A DNA stretch of 36,942 nt from Candidatus Aminicenantes bacterium (GCA_024644125.1 JAHELQ010000004.1:843-37784); one strand, 5' to 3'. Positions 1-10,220 are shown, counted from the first letter of the stretch. Program-made: numbers and translations. The notes: generated from the letters alone by a model not told the origin.

Positions 1-575
1 TGCGCCACTTTGTCTGCCCGCGGCATGCAGCCGTAGACATTCTTTAGGCCCAATGTCATCCAATCGTGCTCATGGGTTTTGCACTTGGCGAAAGTGATTC
101 TAAAATCCGCGTTTTTCCAACTGGCGCCGACTTTGTCTTTCCAGGATTTGATCCGGCCTTTTTTGTCCTTGTATTTGTACAGGTAAGTCAATGATTCCAG
201 TGTGAGATCACAGATCTCGTACCTGCCGTCAGGTTTGTAGCCGATCTTGTCCGCCACGAACGCGACATTGTGATTTTTCAGCATCCGGCCCACGTCGTTT
301 TGGGCTTCGCATACCTTGATATTGGTAAAACCCAGCGCGATGATATGGTCCACTAAATACTCAACCAATACTTTGTCTGTCACCAGCGGTTCGAACGCCG
401 CCGGATGGGTGTACACCATCATGTTGGGTTTGATAATGATGGAATAATCCGCCTTGCTCTTTTTTGACGTCTCAAACGCCCCCATCAGCGACTCGTCGAA
501 CCCCGAAAGTTCGATTGCCTGCTTGAACGCCGCGATTTTTTCTACGCCGCGTACGACTGCGACTCTATTCTCCAT
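1..575 (-). CDS. DUF362-family protein, 3' end outside the window
   Basis: Not in the ORF track; translated by hand from ATG at 575 (SD GGAGG at 583-587): MENRVAVVRGVEK...IIIKPNMM...LVTDKVLVEYLVDHI...VCEA...ADFRITFAKCKTHEHDWMTLGLKNVYG. IKPN, KxKTH and TLxLKNxxG are typical DUF362 motifs. Confidence 0.8.
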   Translation of the reverse strand, partial: MENRVAVVRGVEKIAAFKQAIELSGFDESLMGAFETSKKSKADYSIIIKPNMMVYTHPAAFEPLVTDKVLVEYLVDHIIALGFTNIKVCEAQNDVGRMLKNHNVAFVADKIGYKPDGRYEICDLTLESLTYLYKYKDKKGRIKSWKDKVGASWKNADFRITFAKCKTHEHDWMTLGLKNVYGCMPRADKVA

Positions 576-610
576 TTGATTACCTCCGATAAATTCTCGT
601 TTCAAAAAAG

Positions 611-1453
611 TTAGCGCAACCAGATAACGCTGTCGATAAACACATTAAGGACCCAATGCACCAGAATGATCGGCCAGATCGACCGGATCTTCAACGCCAC
701 GGCGGCCACAGCCACACCCCAAACCAGGGCTCCGATATATTCCGGTACCGGTTTGGTGACATGCCACATGGTATAGGCCAGCATCTGGATCAATACCGCG
801 TAGAGTCCAAATACCAGCGGTCCCTTCCAGCCTTTTACCCGGTCGATCACCTGGATATCCTTGATGCCGTAAAGGCCGAACAACAGATACCCTCTGAAGA
901 TGAATTCGATGATGATGAAGAAGACGAAATAGACCAATTCATAGACTACAAAACCACTCCAGGTGGTAATATTGCTCTTCCCGAACAACGGATATTCCGC
1001 CTGCATCGCCGCATCCTGGGAGCCGAAATAAAACAGGGGCAGCGCGATGAGCAGAGTGACGAAGAAAGCGATCACGCTCAATTTTATATTGGTTTTGCCT
1101 TTGGGCAAGCCGAGACCGTAATCGGATAATTTTTCCTTGAAGCGAAATTTGATGATCAGGCAGGGGATCACCACCAATAGGATGAATCCGATTATAAAGG
1201 ACAACAATTGCGCCCGCCAGACTACGCCGGGGAACAAGCGCTCAGCCAAATCGTCTCCAAATATCTTGTAAAAAACCTGGCAATCGCCTTTCATTCCCCA
1301 CAGGGTTAGTAAAATAAAAGAACTCCACAAAATAATGGCGGTTTTGTCTTTTAACCTGACAACCGTGTTTTTAATAATTTGAAAAATTGTAAACGCGTCG
1401 GGATCTGTATAATTCTCGACCTCCACGACTTTTTTTACTTTAGTGCCGCTCAT
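611..1453 (-). CDS. CPBP (CAAX protease/Abi) family intramembrane glutamic endopeptidase
   Basis: Multi-TM protein with EFIFRG, YTMWH and HWVLN motifs. Start moved from 1471 to ATG 1453 because AGGAGGTG lies just upstream. Confidence 0.8.
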   Translation of the reverse strand: MSGTKVKKVVEVENYTDPDAFTIFQIIKNTVVRLKDKTAIILWSSFILLTLWGMKGDCQVFYKIFGDDLAERLFPGVVWRAQLLSFIIGFILLVVIPCLIIKFRFKEKLSDYGLGLPKGKTNIKLSVIAFFVTLLIALPLFYFGSQDAAMQAEYPLFGKSNITTWSGFVVYELVYFVFFIIIEFIFRGYLLFGLYGIKDIQVIDRVKGWKGPLVFGLYAVLIQMLAYTMWHVTKPVPEYIGALVWGVAVAAVALKIRSIWPIILVHWVLNVFIDSVIWLR

Positions 1454-1609
1454 CGCAGTGCACCTCCTCAAAACGCCATTGCGTAATATATCATAAAATT
1501 AAACATTCAAACAAAACCAGGATTTTTAACTAATAGTACATTTAAGAAAAAAAATCAATACGGTCATTCGACTTATTTGAAAATAGTCGCGACGAGAGCG
1601 GGCTAAAAA

Positions 1610-1637
1610 TTTACACATCTCGAAAATATGATATAAT
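1610..1637 (+). promoter_or_regulatory. sigma-70 promoter for purL
   Basis: TTTACA-N16-TATAAT with an extended -10 TG; AAGGA SD before ATG 1667. Confidence 0.6.
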
Positions 1638-1666
1638 TTCGTTTAGTAAAAATGTAAGGAAGATAA

Positions 1667-4600
1667 ATGGAGAAAATCAGACGCGTTTATGTGTGCAAAA
1701 AAAAACGATTCGATATAGAAGCACGGCACCTACTCAAAGACCTGAAAGGGAACCTTGGAATCATTGGCCTGGAGAAGCTGCGAATCCTCCACCGGTATGA
1801 CATCGAAGGCTTGATAGACCCTGAATTCGAGGCAGCGCTTCCCACCGTATTCTCAGAGCCGCCGCTCGATGATGTCTATCTGGAGGATTTTGAATCAGCT
1901 CCTGGCGAACAGATCTTCGGGATAGAGTACCTGCCCGGTCAATATGATCAGAGGGCGGACTCGGCGGCCCAATGCCTCCAGATCATCAGCCAGACCCGCA
2001 AACCGGTTGTATCCGCCGCCCGTATCATCGCTGTCACCGGCGCAATTTCAGAGGAGGAGCTCCTCAGGATCAAGACATATCTCATCAATCCTGTGGACTC
2101 GCGCGAAGCCAATCTAGAGAAAAAATCAAGCCTGAGGCGGGATATCCCGCAACCGATGCCGGTATCGGTGATTGACGGCTTCACCGGCTTCGACGAGCGG
2201 CGTCTGGATGAATTGCGTCAAACTCTGGGACTGGCGATGAACATCCAGGATCTTACATTTTGCCGGAATTATTTCCGTGACCGCGAACGACGGAATCCCA
2301 CCATCACTGAGATCAAGATGTTGGACACTTATTGGTCCGATCATTGCCGCCATACTACATTTTTAACCACTATCGACCGGGTGGAATTTCAGAAGGGGAA
2401 GCTCTGCGAACCGATACAGAAAGCGTACGAACGTTATATGCACGCGCTGAAGCATATCGCGGGAAAAGATGATGCGGATAATTGCCTGATGAGCATCGCC
2501 ACCATGAGCATGAAAGAACTGCGCCAAAAAGGGAAGCTGGAGGATATGGAAAACTCCAGCGAAATTAACGCTTGCAGCATTGTTAGAGAAATTGAAGTGA
2601 ACGGTGAGAAAGAAGAGTGGCTCGTTATGTTCAAAAACGAAACCCACAACCACCCGACAGAAATCGAACCCTTCGGCGGCGCAGCCACCTGTCTTGGAGG
2701 GGCCATTCGCGACCCATTGTCGGGCCGGGCATATGTTTACCAGTCCATGCGCGTCACCGGCAGCGGCGATCCCCGTCAGAAAGTCGAGGATACCCTCCCC
2801 GGCAAACTCCCTCAACGGAAGATTACCACTGAAGCGGCCCATGGTTTTTGTTCATACGGCAACCAGATCGGCCTGGCCACCGGTTTTGTGAATGAGATCT
2901 ACCACCCGGGCTATATCGCCAAGCGGATGGAGGTGGGAGCCGTGATCGCGGCCGTCCCCCGCAAGCAGATTCTTCGTCAGGAACCTGTCCCCGGCGACGT
3001 GATTTTGTTGGTGGGCGGGCGCACCGGCCGGGACGGGATCGGAGGAGCTACCGGTTCTTCCAAAGAGCATACCGAAGAATCGCTAGAAACAGCCGGCGCA
3101 GAGGTTCAGAAAGGTAACGCCCCGGAAGAACGCAAACTGCAACGGCTTTTCCGTAAACCGGACGTCACCCGTTTGATAAAAAAGAGCAATGATTTTGGCG
3201 CCGGCGGCGTGTCGGTGGCTGTAGGTGAATTAGCCGACGGCCTCGAAGTCAATCTCGATGCGGTTCTTAAAAAATATGACGGATTGGACGGCACTGAATT
3301 GGCCCTATCGGAATCGCAGGAGCGAATGGCCGTGGTTCTTGATACAAAAGACGTTGACGCATTCATAAAAATGGCGGAGGAAGAAAATCTAGAAGCCACT
3401 CCTATCGCCGTGGTGACCGAAGAGCCCCGCCTCAAAATCTTCTGGCAAGGCCGGATCATCGTTGACATTGCAAGAGATTTCATTGATACCAACGGTATCC
3501 GTCAATCGACCATGGTTACAGTCGCAGCTCCAGTTATCGCTGAAAATTATTTTAGCCGCGTCAAACCGGAAATAGCGATAGAACTACCGGACATAAAAGC
3601 CGCATGGAAGGCGATGCTCGGATGCCTGGATATTTGCAGTCGGCGAGGCCTTGTCGAGCGTTTCGACAACAGCATCGGGCGAAGCACGGTCTTCTATCCG
3701 TTCGGCGGCATATACCGCGCCACTCCGACCGAATCCATGGCGGCAATCATACCTCTGTTGGACGGCCACACCCGCACCGCCAGCGTGATGAGCTATGGCT
3801 TCGATCCGGAAATCTCCAGTTGGAGCCCGTTTCACGGAGCGGTTTACGCTGTGGTGGAGTCGGTGAGTAAGATTGTGGCAGCCGGAGGAGACTGTCGCGA
3901 CATCCGCTGCTCGCTCCAGGAATATTTTGAAAAATTAGGCCGGAACAGCGAAAAATGGGGCAAACCGTTCAGCGCTCTACTTGGAGCCTATGTCGCTCTT
4001 TCGGAGTTTGAAATCGCCGCCATCGGCGGTAAAGACAGTATGTCAGGTTCGTTCAAAGATCTCAATGTCCCGCCAACCCTCATTTCGTTCGCCGTAAACT
4101 TGCTCGAGGTTACCGACGCCGTGTCGCCGGAATTCAAACAAACCGGCAGCTCAGTCGTCATTGTCCGGGCTCCCCGCGATGAACATTTTATGCCGCGATT
4201 CGACATACTAAAACAAAATTACTCCCGGATTCACCAATGGGTAAAACGGCGAAAGATTCTTGCCATGCACACAGTTCGCTCCGGTGGAATCGCCGAAACA
4301 ATCTCAAAAATGGCATTCGGCAACCGGATCGGCTTTTCCTTTGAAGAGAACTTCGATCTCTCGGAACTTTTTCTACCGGAGTATGGCTCGATTGTAGTTG
4401 AGCTGGCTCCCGGCTCATCCCCCCAGGAATTCCTGGACGGTATCACAGGCGACGTTATCGGGCGGACTGTCGCGGAACCGGCGATCGACATAATGGGTAC
4501 ACAAATTTCTCTTCTAGACGCGCAGGCCTCCTGGGAAGCGCCTCTAGAAAATGTGTTCCCAACCAGAACCGCCAATGCCGCCGATAATCCCTACCGTATT

Positions 4601-5443
4601 TCCTACAACGGGCGAAATAATCATAAACCCGCCGTAACCATCGCAAAGCCGCGGGTGATTGTCACGGCTTTTCCCGGAACCAACAGCGAATACGACACAG
4701 CCAGAGCGTTTCGCGATGCCGGAGGCGTCGTCGAGATTCCTGTCTTCCGCAATCTGAATTCCCATGATATCCAGCACTCGGTGTCGCACCTGGAATCTCT
4801 CATCCGTCAAAGCCAGATATTGGTCATTCCCGGCGGCTTCAGCGCCGGAGACGAGCCGGAAGGGTCCGGTAAATTTATCGCCACAGTGTTCCGCAATCCC
4901 GTTATCAAAGATGCGGTGATGGAGTTGCTCCAGGTCCGGGATGGTTTGATTCTCGGAATCTGCAATGGTTTTCAAGCTCTGGTCAAATTGGGACTGTTGC
5001 CCTACGGAGAGATTCGCCCTCAAGATTCCGATAGTCCGACACTAACCTTCAACACCATCGGCAGGCATGTGGCGACAATGGTTCGGACGCGGGTAACGTC
5101 TGCTTTGTCACCCTGGTTCTCAAGAGTCAATGTCGGCGACATTCACGCCATTCCGGTCTCCCATGGCGAAGGCCGCTTCATTTGTTCCCCTCGATGGATG
5201 GAGCATTTGATTCAAAACGGCCAGATTTCGACGCAATATGTAGACGAGATCGGAACGCCGTCAAATGATATCCTGCACAATCCCAACGGATCGCTGAATG
5301 CAGTGGAAGCCATCACCAGCCCCGACGGGCGTGTTCTGGGAAAGATGGGACATACGGAACGCAATGATGTCAATGTCGGCCGCAATATCCCCGGCAACAA
5401 AGACCAACAATTATTCAAAGCTGGTATTTCCTACTTTAAGTAA
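1667..5443 (+). CDS. purL: Phosphoribosylformylglycinamidine synthase, large single-chain (clostridial-type) form
   Basis: YWSDHCRH, KNETHNHPTEIEPFGGAAT, GGKDSMSG; C-terminal glutaminase domain with FPGTN, PGGFSAGD, LGICNGFQ, SHGEGR and MGHTER. Confidence 0.96.
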   Translation: MEKIRRVYVCKKKRFDIEARHLLKDLKGNLGIIGLEKLRILHRYDIEGLIDPEFEAALPTVFSEPPLDDVYLEDFESAPGEQIFGIEYLPGQYDQRADSAAQCLQIISQTRKPVVSAARIIAVTGAISEEELLRIKTYLINPVDSREANLEKKSSLRRDIPQPMPVSVIDGFTGFDERRLDELRQTLGLAMNIQDLTFCRNYFRDRERRNPTITEIKMLDTYWSDHCRHTTFLTTIDRVEFQKGKLCEPIQKAYERYMHALKHIAGKDDADNCLMSIATMSMKELRQKGKLEDMENSSEINACSIVREIEVNGEKEEWLVMFKNETHNHPTEIEPFGGAATCLGGAIRDPLSGRAYVYQSMRVTGSGDPRQKVEDTLPGKLPQRKITTEAAHGFCSYGNQIGLATGFVNEIYHPGYIAKRMEVGAVIAAVPRKQILRQEPVPGDVILLVGGRTGRDGIGGATGSSKEHTEESLETAGAEVQKGNAPEERKLQRLFRKPDVTRLIKKSNDFGAGGVSVAVGELADGLEVNLDAVLKKYDGLDGTELALSESQERMAVVLDTKDVDAFIKMAEEENLEATPIAVVTEEPRLKIFWQGRIIVDIARDFIDTNGIRQSTMVTVAAPVIAENYFSRVKPEIAIELPDIKAAWKAMLGCLDICSRRGLVERFDNSIGRSTVFYPFGGIYRATPTESMAAIIPLLDGHTRTASVMSYGFDPEISSWSPFHGAVYAVVESVSKIVAAGGDCRDIRCSLQEYFEKLGRNSEKWGKPFSALLGAYVALSEFEIAAIGGKDSMSGSFKDLNVPPTLISFAVNLLEVTDAVSPEFKQTGSSVVIVRAPRDEHFMPRFDILKQNYSRIHQWVKRRKILAMHTVRSGGIAETISKMAFGNRIGFSFEENFDLSELFLPEYGSIVVELAPGSSPQEFLDGITGDVIGRTVAEPAIDIMGTQISLLDAQASWEAPLENVFPTRTANAADNPYRISYNGRNNHKPAVTIAKPRVIVTAFPGTNSEYDTARAFRDAGGVVEIPVFRNLNSHDIQHSVSHLESLIRQSQILVIPGGFSAGDEPEGSGKFIATVFRNPVIKDAVMELLQVRDGLILGICNGFQALVKLGLLPYGEIRPQDSDSPTLTFNTIGRHVATMVRTRVTSALSPWFSRVNVGDIHAIPVSHGEGRFICSPRWMEHLIQNGQISTQYVDEIGTPSNDILHNPNGSLNAVEAITSPDGRVLGKMGHTERNDVNVGRNIPGNKDQQLFKAGISYFK

Positions 5444-6739
5444 ATGGACAAGATTTTCCCACTAGCAGACAGGATTCGCCCGTTCGACATCACAGGATTC
5501 GAAGGGCAATCCCATCTTACCGGGCCTGCCAAAATCATTCATTCCTTCTTGAAAAACAAATCGCTGAATTCCCTTATTTTTTGGGGCCCTCCCGGAACGG
5601 GCAAAACAAGTCTCTCGCGCATACTCGTCAAAGAATTGGGCTATCCATCAATTGAATTTTCAGCCACGATTTCCAAAATCTCCGAAATCCGCGAAATAAT
5701 GTCGCGTTCGGTGGACATGAAAAAAATCGAAGGAAAACCATTGGTGGTGTTTGTCGATGAAATCCACCACTTCAACAAACACTCGCAAGACGCGTTCCTT
5801 CCGTTTATCGAGCGCGGTGACATCATTTTGATTGGCACCACAACCGAAAATCCTGCTTTTAAAATGAACAGGGCATTGTTGTCCAGGCTAAAAATACTTG
5901 AATTTTTCCCATTGGAGCGGGATCATCTAATTGGCATTCTGGAAAAAGCCATCGCTTTCATCGCCGCTGAAGCCGGGATCACCATACCGATTGACGAGGC
6001 GGTGACGAACATTTTACTCCATTATAGCGGCGGCGACGCCCGACGGTTGCTCAATCTTGTGGAAACCATCTACAACGTATGGGATAAACATTCCGCACTC
6101 GACGAGACACTCATCCAGGATGTTATCCAGAACAAGATTTCCGGTTATGACCGCGCCGGCGACGACCGCTACCAGATCATCTCGGCCTTCCATAAAAGTG
6201 TCCGCAACTCCGATCTCGATGCGTCCTTGTTCTGGCTGTACCGGATGCTGGAAGGGGGCGAGGATCCGCTCTATATACTGCGGAGAATGCTGCGAATCTC
6301 CGTCGAGGACATCGGCTTCGCCGATCCAGTTGCGATGAGAGTCTGCCTGGATGCAAAAGAGGCGTATGAATCGCTTGGTTCACCGGAAGGCGACTTGTTT
6401 TTGACTCAGGCGGCAATTTATCTGGCGTCGGCTCCAAAAAGTAATTCCCTGTATTTGGCTGATAAAAAATTGAAAAAAATCGCGGAAGCGTACAAGCACA
6501 TATCTGTCCCACTGCACATTATCAATCCGTCTGATTTTGTCGCAGCGGGAAAAGGCGCAGGGAAAAATTACCTGTATGCCCATGATTTCGAGGAGAAAAC
6601 AACCGCCATGAAAACAAAGCCGGAAGAAGTCGTCGAAGTGGATTTTTATCTTCCAAACCGAATGGGGTTCGAAAAAAAAATCAAGGCCAGGATCGATTAT
6701 TGGAAAAAAATTAAAAAAGATCTGGAGAAAAAAGGATAG
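5444..6739 (+). CDS. rarA: Replication-associated recombination protein A (MgsA/RarA AAA+ ATPase)
   Basis: PLADRIRP, Walker A GPPGTGKT, FVDEIH, GTTTENP, ISAFHKSVR, EDIG and APKSNS motifs; ATG directly follows the purL stop. Confidence 0.93.
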   Translation: MDKIFPLADRIRPFDITGFEGQSHLTGPAKIIHSFLKNKSLNSLIFWGPPGTGKTSLSRILVKELGYPSIEFSATISKISEIREIMSRSVDMKKIEGKPLVVFVDEIHHFNKHSQDAFLPFIERGDIILIGTTTENPAFKMNRALLSRLKILEFFPLERDHLIGILEKAIAFIAAEAGITIPIDEAVTNILLHYSGGDARRLLNLVETIYNVWDKHSALDETLIQDVIQNKISGYDRAGDDRYQIISAFHKSVRNSDLDASLFWLYRMLEGGEDPLYILRRMLRISVEDIGFADPVAMRVCLDAKEAYESLGSPEGDLFLTQAAIYLASAPKSNSLYLADKKLKKIAEAYKHISVPLHIINPSDFVAAGKGAGKNYLYAHDFEEKTTAMKTKPEEVVEVDFYLPNRMGFEKKIKARIDYWKKIKKDLEKKG

Positions 6740-6754
6740 CCTGAAGACGTTTGA

Positions 6755-7120
6755 TCATCCCCCACCCATATAGCCTTTCAGCATTCCCAACAATTCCTTG
6801 TAACGGATCGGTTTTGCTATATAACCGTCAAATCCGGCGGCGAGAATCCGCTCTTTATCTCCCTTCATCGCCAGAGCTGTCATTGCGATCACCTGTATAT
6901 CTTTCGTACCCTCGTCCCCTTTGAGAATCTTGACCGCTTCAAACCCATCGAGTCCCGGTAGTTGGAGATCCATCAATATACAACGGGGAAATATTTTTTT
7001 TGCCAATTTGACGCCGATATAGGCATCCGGCGCCTCAATCACATCGCAACCAGCCAGTTTGAGCAAATCAGCGGCAAATTTCATATTCGTCGGATTATCT
7101 TCAATAATCATTACTTTCAT
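6755..7120 (-). CDS. Single-domain response regulator (DivK/CheY-like)
   Basis: IIEDN, phosphoacceptor [26 protein letters not shown]; 121 aa receiver only; overlaps the kinase 3' end by 20 nt. Confidence 0.92.
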   Translation of the reverse strand: MKVMIIEDNPTNMKFAADLLKLAGCDVIEAPDAYIGVKLAKKIFPRCILMDLQLPGLDGFEAVKILKGDEGTKDIQVIAMTALAMKGDKERILAAGFDGYIAKPIRYKELLGMLKGYMGGG

Positions 7121-8663
7121 GATAGTCCCCTTGTTCTATATCGTTGGGGTTTTCCCCATTTACTGCGGCGGTAGCCAATGTATCGCCGGATCTTCTGGAA
7201 CCAAAGCGGCGGTCATTGCTGGTTCTCCGCTCTACACGGTAAGGGATGCAAACGGTGAAACAACTACCCTTGTCAATTTCACTGGTTACGGAAATCGAAC
7301 CCCCATGCAACTCTGCCAGACGCTTGACCATAGTGAGGCCCAGGCCGGTTCCTTCGTATTTTCTCGTCGTTGAGGAATCCGCCTGCTGGAATGGTTGGAA
7401 CAGCTTTTTTAGATCTCCCTTTGAAATCCCGATTCCCGTATCGGTTATCGACAACTCTAGAAGATCTTCCGAAAAGTCTTCGTCATTCTGGTAAAAATCG
7501 GCTCCATCCTCCTGCCCAGTGAGGGTCTCCAGAGGCAAGCCGTGAACCCGGTAAGCGCTGATGGTTACGACGCCCCCGTCAGGAGTAAATTTTACGGCAT
7601 TGGACAATAGATTAAAAATGATTTGTTTAAATTTTCTGGTATCCACATACATATCACCCACATCATTCTCGATATCCAGTTTTAGATGGATACCGTGATT
7701 ATGGGCCTTTTCTTTGATAATCGAGAGACTGCTCTCCACAAGAATCGGAATATTCACCTTTTCCAGATCAAGATTCATTTTCCCCGCTTCGATTTTCGAG
7801 AGGTCCAAAATATCATTGATCAGCGATAATAAATGCTGACCGCTTCTAAAAATATCATTCACGTAATCGGTTTGTTTCGGGCTCAATACACCAATCAAGC
7901 CGTCTTTCAACACTTCCGAGAATCCAATAATCGCGTTGAGCGGAGTTCTGAGTTCATGGGACATATTGGCGAGAAAATCCGATTTCGCTTTATTGGCAAT
8001 TTCTATTTGCTCATTCCGTTGCGTCAACTCCTCCTGGACCTTTTTCTGTGAGGTGATATCGACAATAGACAAAAGAAATAATTTGTTCCCTTCGTGGTAC
8101 ACCTGCCGGGCGCTCATCAGAATGATACGAAAGCCGATTCCGGAAAAATTATTTTGCACTTCAAAATCGTCGAATGTCATATTGCCGGGACTCAACTCAT
8201 CCAACAATGCCCTCAACTCCGGAATGTCCCATTGCATATCGCCCAATTCATACAAATACCGCCCTTCGGTTTCTATTTTCGCCGCGAGAAAAGTCCGGTA
8301 ATAAGACATGTTGGCGGAAAGAACTCTCAATTCCGAATCGAGAACCATCAGCGGGTAGCGGACACTATCGACGATGGATTCGGAATACTTCCTCGCATCT
8401 TCGATCGCAGCGGCATACAACGTGATTCTGCCGATCACATCCTTGGAAAATTTATTGAATAAAAAGATAATGACAACAAGCAAAAAAGCGAGAATTGAAA
8501 TAATCGCAGCTACCGAAGGACTGGGAACATCGACAAGCGTGTCGTACATAGTTTTCAAAAGCAACATCAGTAATCCGTAAATAACGAATGTTACGATCGC
8601 TTTTAGTTTCCTGACCTCAATCTTGAACTGTCCCAACAACCGTGTATCACCGTCAGAGTTCAT
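7101..8663 (-). CDS. Membrane sensor histidine kinase (2 TM, PAS, HisKA, HATPase)
   Basis: H-box [15 protein letters not shown]-box [28 protein letters not shown]; PAS-like [15 protein letters not shown]. Start set at ATG 8663 with AAGGAG SD. Confidence 0.92.
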   Translation of the reverse strand: MNSDGDTRLLGQFKIEVRKLKAIVTFVIYGLLMLLLKTMYDTLVDVPSPSVAAIISILAFLLVVIIFLFNKFSKDVIGRITLYAAAIEDARKYSESIVDSVRYPLMVLDSELRVLSANMSYYRTFLAAKIETEGRYLYELGDMQWDIPELRALLDELSPGNMTFDDFEVQNNFSGIGFRIILMSARQVYHEGNKLFLLSIVDITSQKKVQEELTQRNEQIEIANKAKSDFLANMSHELRTPLNAIIGFSEVLKDGLIGVLSPKQTDYVNDIFRSGQHLLSLINDILDLSKIEAGKMNLDLEKVNIPILVESSLSIIKEKAHNHGIHLKLDIENDVGDMYVDTRKFKQIIFNLLSNAVKFTPDGGVVTISAYRVHGLPLETLTGQEDGADFYQNDEDFSEDLLELSITDTGIGISKGDLKKLFQPFQQADSSTTRKYEGTGLGLTMVKRLAELHGGSISVTSEIDKGSCFTVCIPYRVERRTSNDRRFGSRRSGDTLATAAVNGENPNDIEQGDYHESNDY

Positions 8664-8696
8664 GCCCGTTCTCCTTATTTTTACAAAAAACAAAAC

Positions 8697-10220
8697 TTAA
8701 CCTTTCCATCGTTCAAATACTTCTTCGAAATGTGAGGCTGTCTCGAGAAAAGCTTTAAACACCCTGGGATCGAAGTGATTTGGATTCACGCGCTCATTCC
8801 CCTCGCATAGGATTTTCACAGTGGTTTCATGATCATACGATGGCTTGTAGGGTCTCGACATTCTCAACACATCATAATGATCGGCAATCGTAAGGATCCG
8901 CGCCTCCACGGGGATCTTTTCACCGCTGATACCATAAGGGTAACCGGAGCCATCCCATTTTTCATGATGCGCCAATGCAATATTTTTGGCCATCTGCAAA
9001 CGTGGATGATTGCCTAAAATTTTAACTCCGAACAAGGGGTGATTCTTCACAAAATTCCATTCATCCCGGGTCAGGGGGCCGGGTTTTTTAATGATACCCG
9101 CGGGAATATAGATCATCCCGACATCGTGCATCTGGGCGGAGAGACGGATATTGTTGACAAAACTTTCCACCAACTTTAGTTTCCTGGAGATAATACTGCA
9201 ATATAGCCCAACCCGTTTGACATGATTGCCGCTCTCCTCGTCATTGGCCTCCGACGCTCTCACCAATGCTGAAACCAGATAGGCGAACGCGTTCTCCGTC
9301 TCTTTTACCTGATCTGCCAACGATTTCAAAAACAAACTTTGCATCACGATACTTTTCAGAACGGCGGCATCATACGAGGTAAGGTCATTCGAATAATTTA
9401 TGGCGAAAATACTGAACTCAGCGCTCAAATAACAGGTAAAATTTGCGAGTTTGATGGGAATTAACGATTCGACTTTTTTGACAAACGCCTGAAGTCCGAT
9501 CTTTTCGAGATCGCTCTCATTATAAAAAGCAATGGTTGATTCGCCATAGTCTGGCAACCTCAGCGCTTTTTGTACATCAGCCTCGATTGGAGTCCGGTAC
9601 AATTCCTCGAACGCCGATTCATATTGGAACCATTTCCAGCTTCTTTCTTCATCCACAAACCCGACAAGAACAATACGGGGCTTATCACTGGATTCGCCCG
9701 CCTGGCGAATGACTTGTTTGACGATATTGTCGATGGCGCTAATAAAATCGAAGTGAAGTGGATTGAAAGTTTTAATGGCCTCTTCCCCGGATGAGATCAA
9801 CTGGTTGAGGTTGGCATATCCCCTGTTCAGCCGGCTATTCAAATCCCTCATTTTCAGCAACATTTTTATCCGCGCGAGAACTTCATTTTTGTCGATCGGC
9901 TTCGAAATAAAATCTTCCGCTCCGGCTTCGATACCGCGAGTCCGGTGCTCCTTCGAGGCCAACGCGGTTATCATCACCACAGGGATATTGCGGTACTCTT
10001 CCCGTTCCTTGATCCATTGGCACACTTCAAATCCATTCATCCCCGGCATCATCACATCGAGCAATACCAGGTCAATCTCTTTTTCCTGAATAACTCCGAG
10101 CGCCTCTTGACCGCCCGGGACAGTCAACACATCATAACCCTGGGAAGTGAGGATGGTATCTAATAATTTTAAATTAACAGGCTCGTCATCTACACAAAGC
10201 AACCTTGGCTTACCCGGCAT
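8697..10220 (-). CDS. Response regulator with HD-GYP phosphodiesterase domain (RpfG-like) and a central domain of unknown type
   Basis: N-terminal REC (VDDE, LLDVMMP, ISKP); C-terminal GNHVKRV, MHDVGM, HHEKWDGSGYP, RPYK; AAGGAGG SD. Confidence 0.92.
   Translation of the reverse strand: MPGKPRLLCVDDEPVNLKLLDTILTSQGYDVLTVPGGQEALGVIQEKEIDLVLLDVMMPGMNGFEVCQWIKEREEYRNIPVVMITALASKEHRTRGIEAGAEDFISKPIDKNEVLARIKMLLKMRDLNSRLNRGYANLNQLISSGEEAIKTFNPLHFDFISAIDNIVKQVIRQAGESSDKPRIVLVGFVDEERSWKWFQYESAFEELYRTPIEADVQKALRLPDYGESTIAFYNESDLEKIGLQAFVKKVESLIPIKLANFTCYLSAEFSIFAINYSNDLTSYDAAVLKSIVMQSLFLKSLADQVKETENAFAYLVSALVRASEANDEESGNHVKRVGLYCSIISRKLKLVESFVNNIRLSAQMHDVGMIYIPAGIIKKPGPLTRDEWNFVKNHPLFGVKILGNHPRLQMAKNIALAHHEKWDGSGYPYGISGEKIPVEARILTIADHYDVLRMSRPYKPSYDHETTVKILCEGNERVNPNHFDPRVFKAFLETASHFEEVFERWKG

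Noticed and set aside
1477-1505. dif-like sequence (TTGCGTAATATATCATAAAATTAAAC)
   Set aside because: Poor match to the XerD arm TTATGTTAAAT and wrong spacing; better explained as the -10 region of the CPBP promoter.
1540-1666. Purine or ZTP riboswitch upstream of purL
   Set aside because: No consensus seen; the promoter leaves only ~23 nt of leader, and the small CGACT/AGTCG hairpin lies upstream of it.
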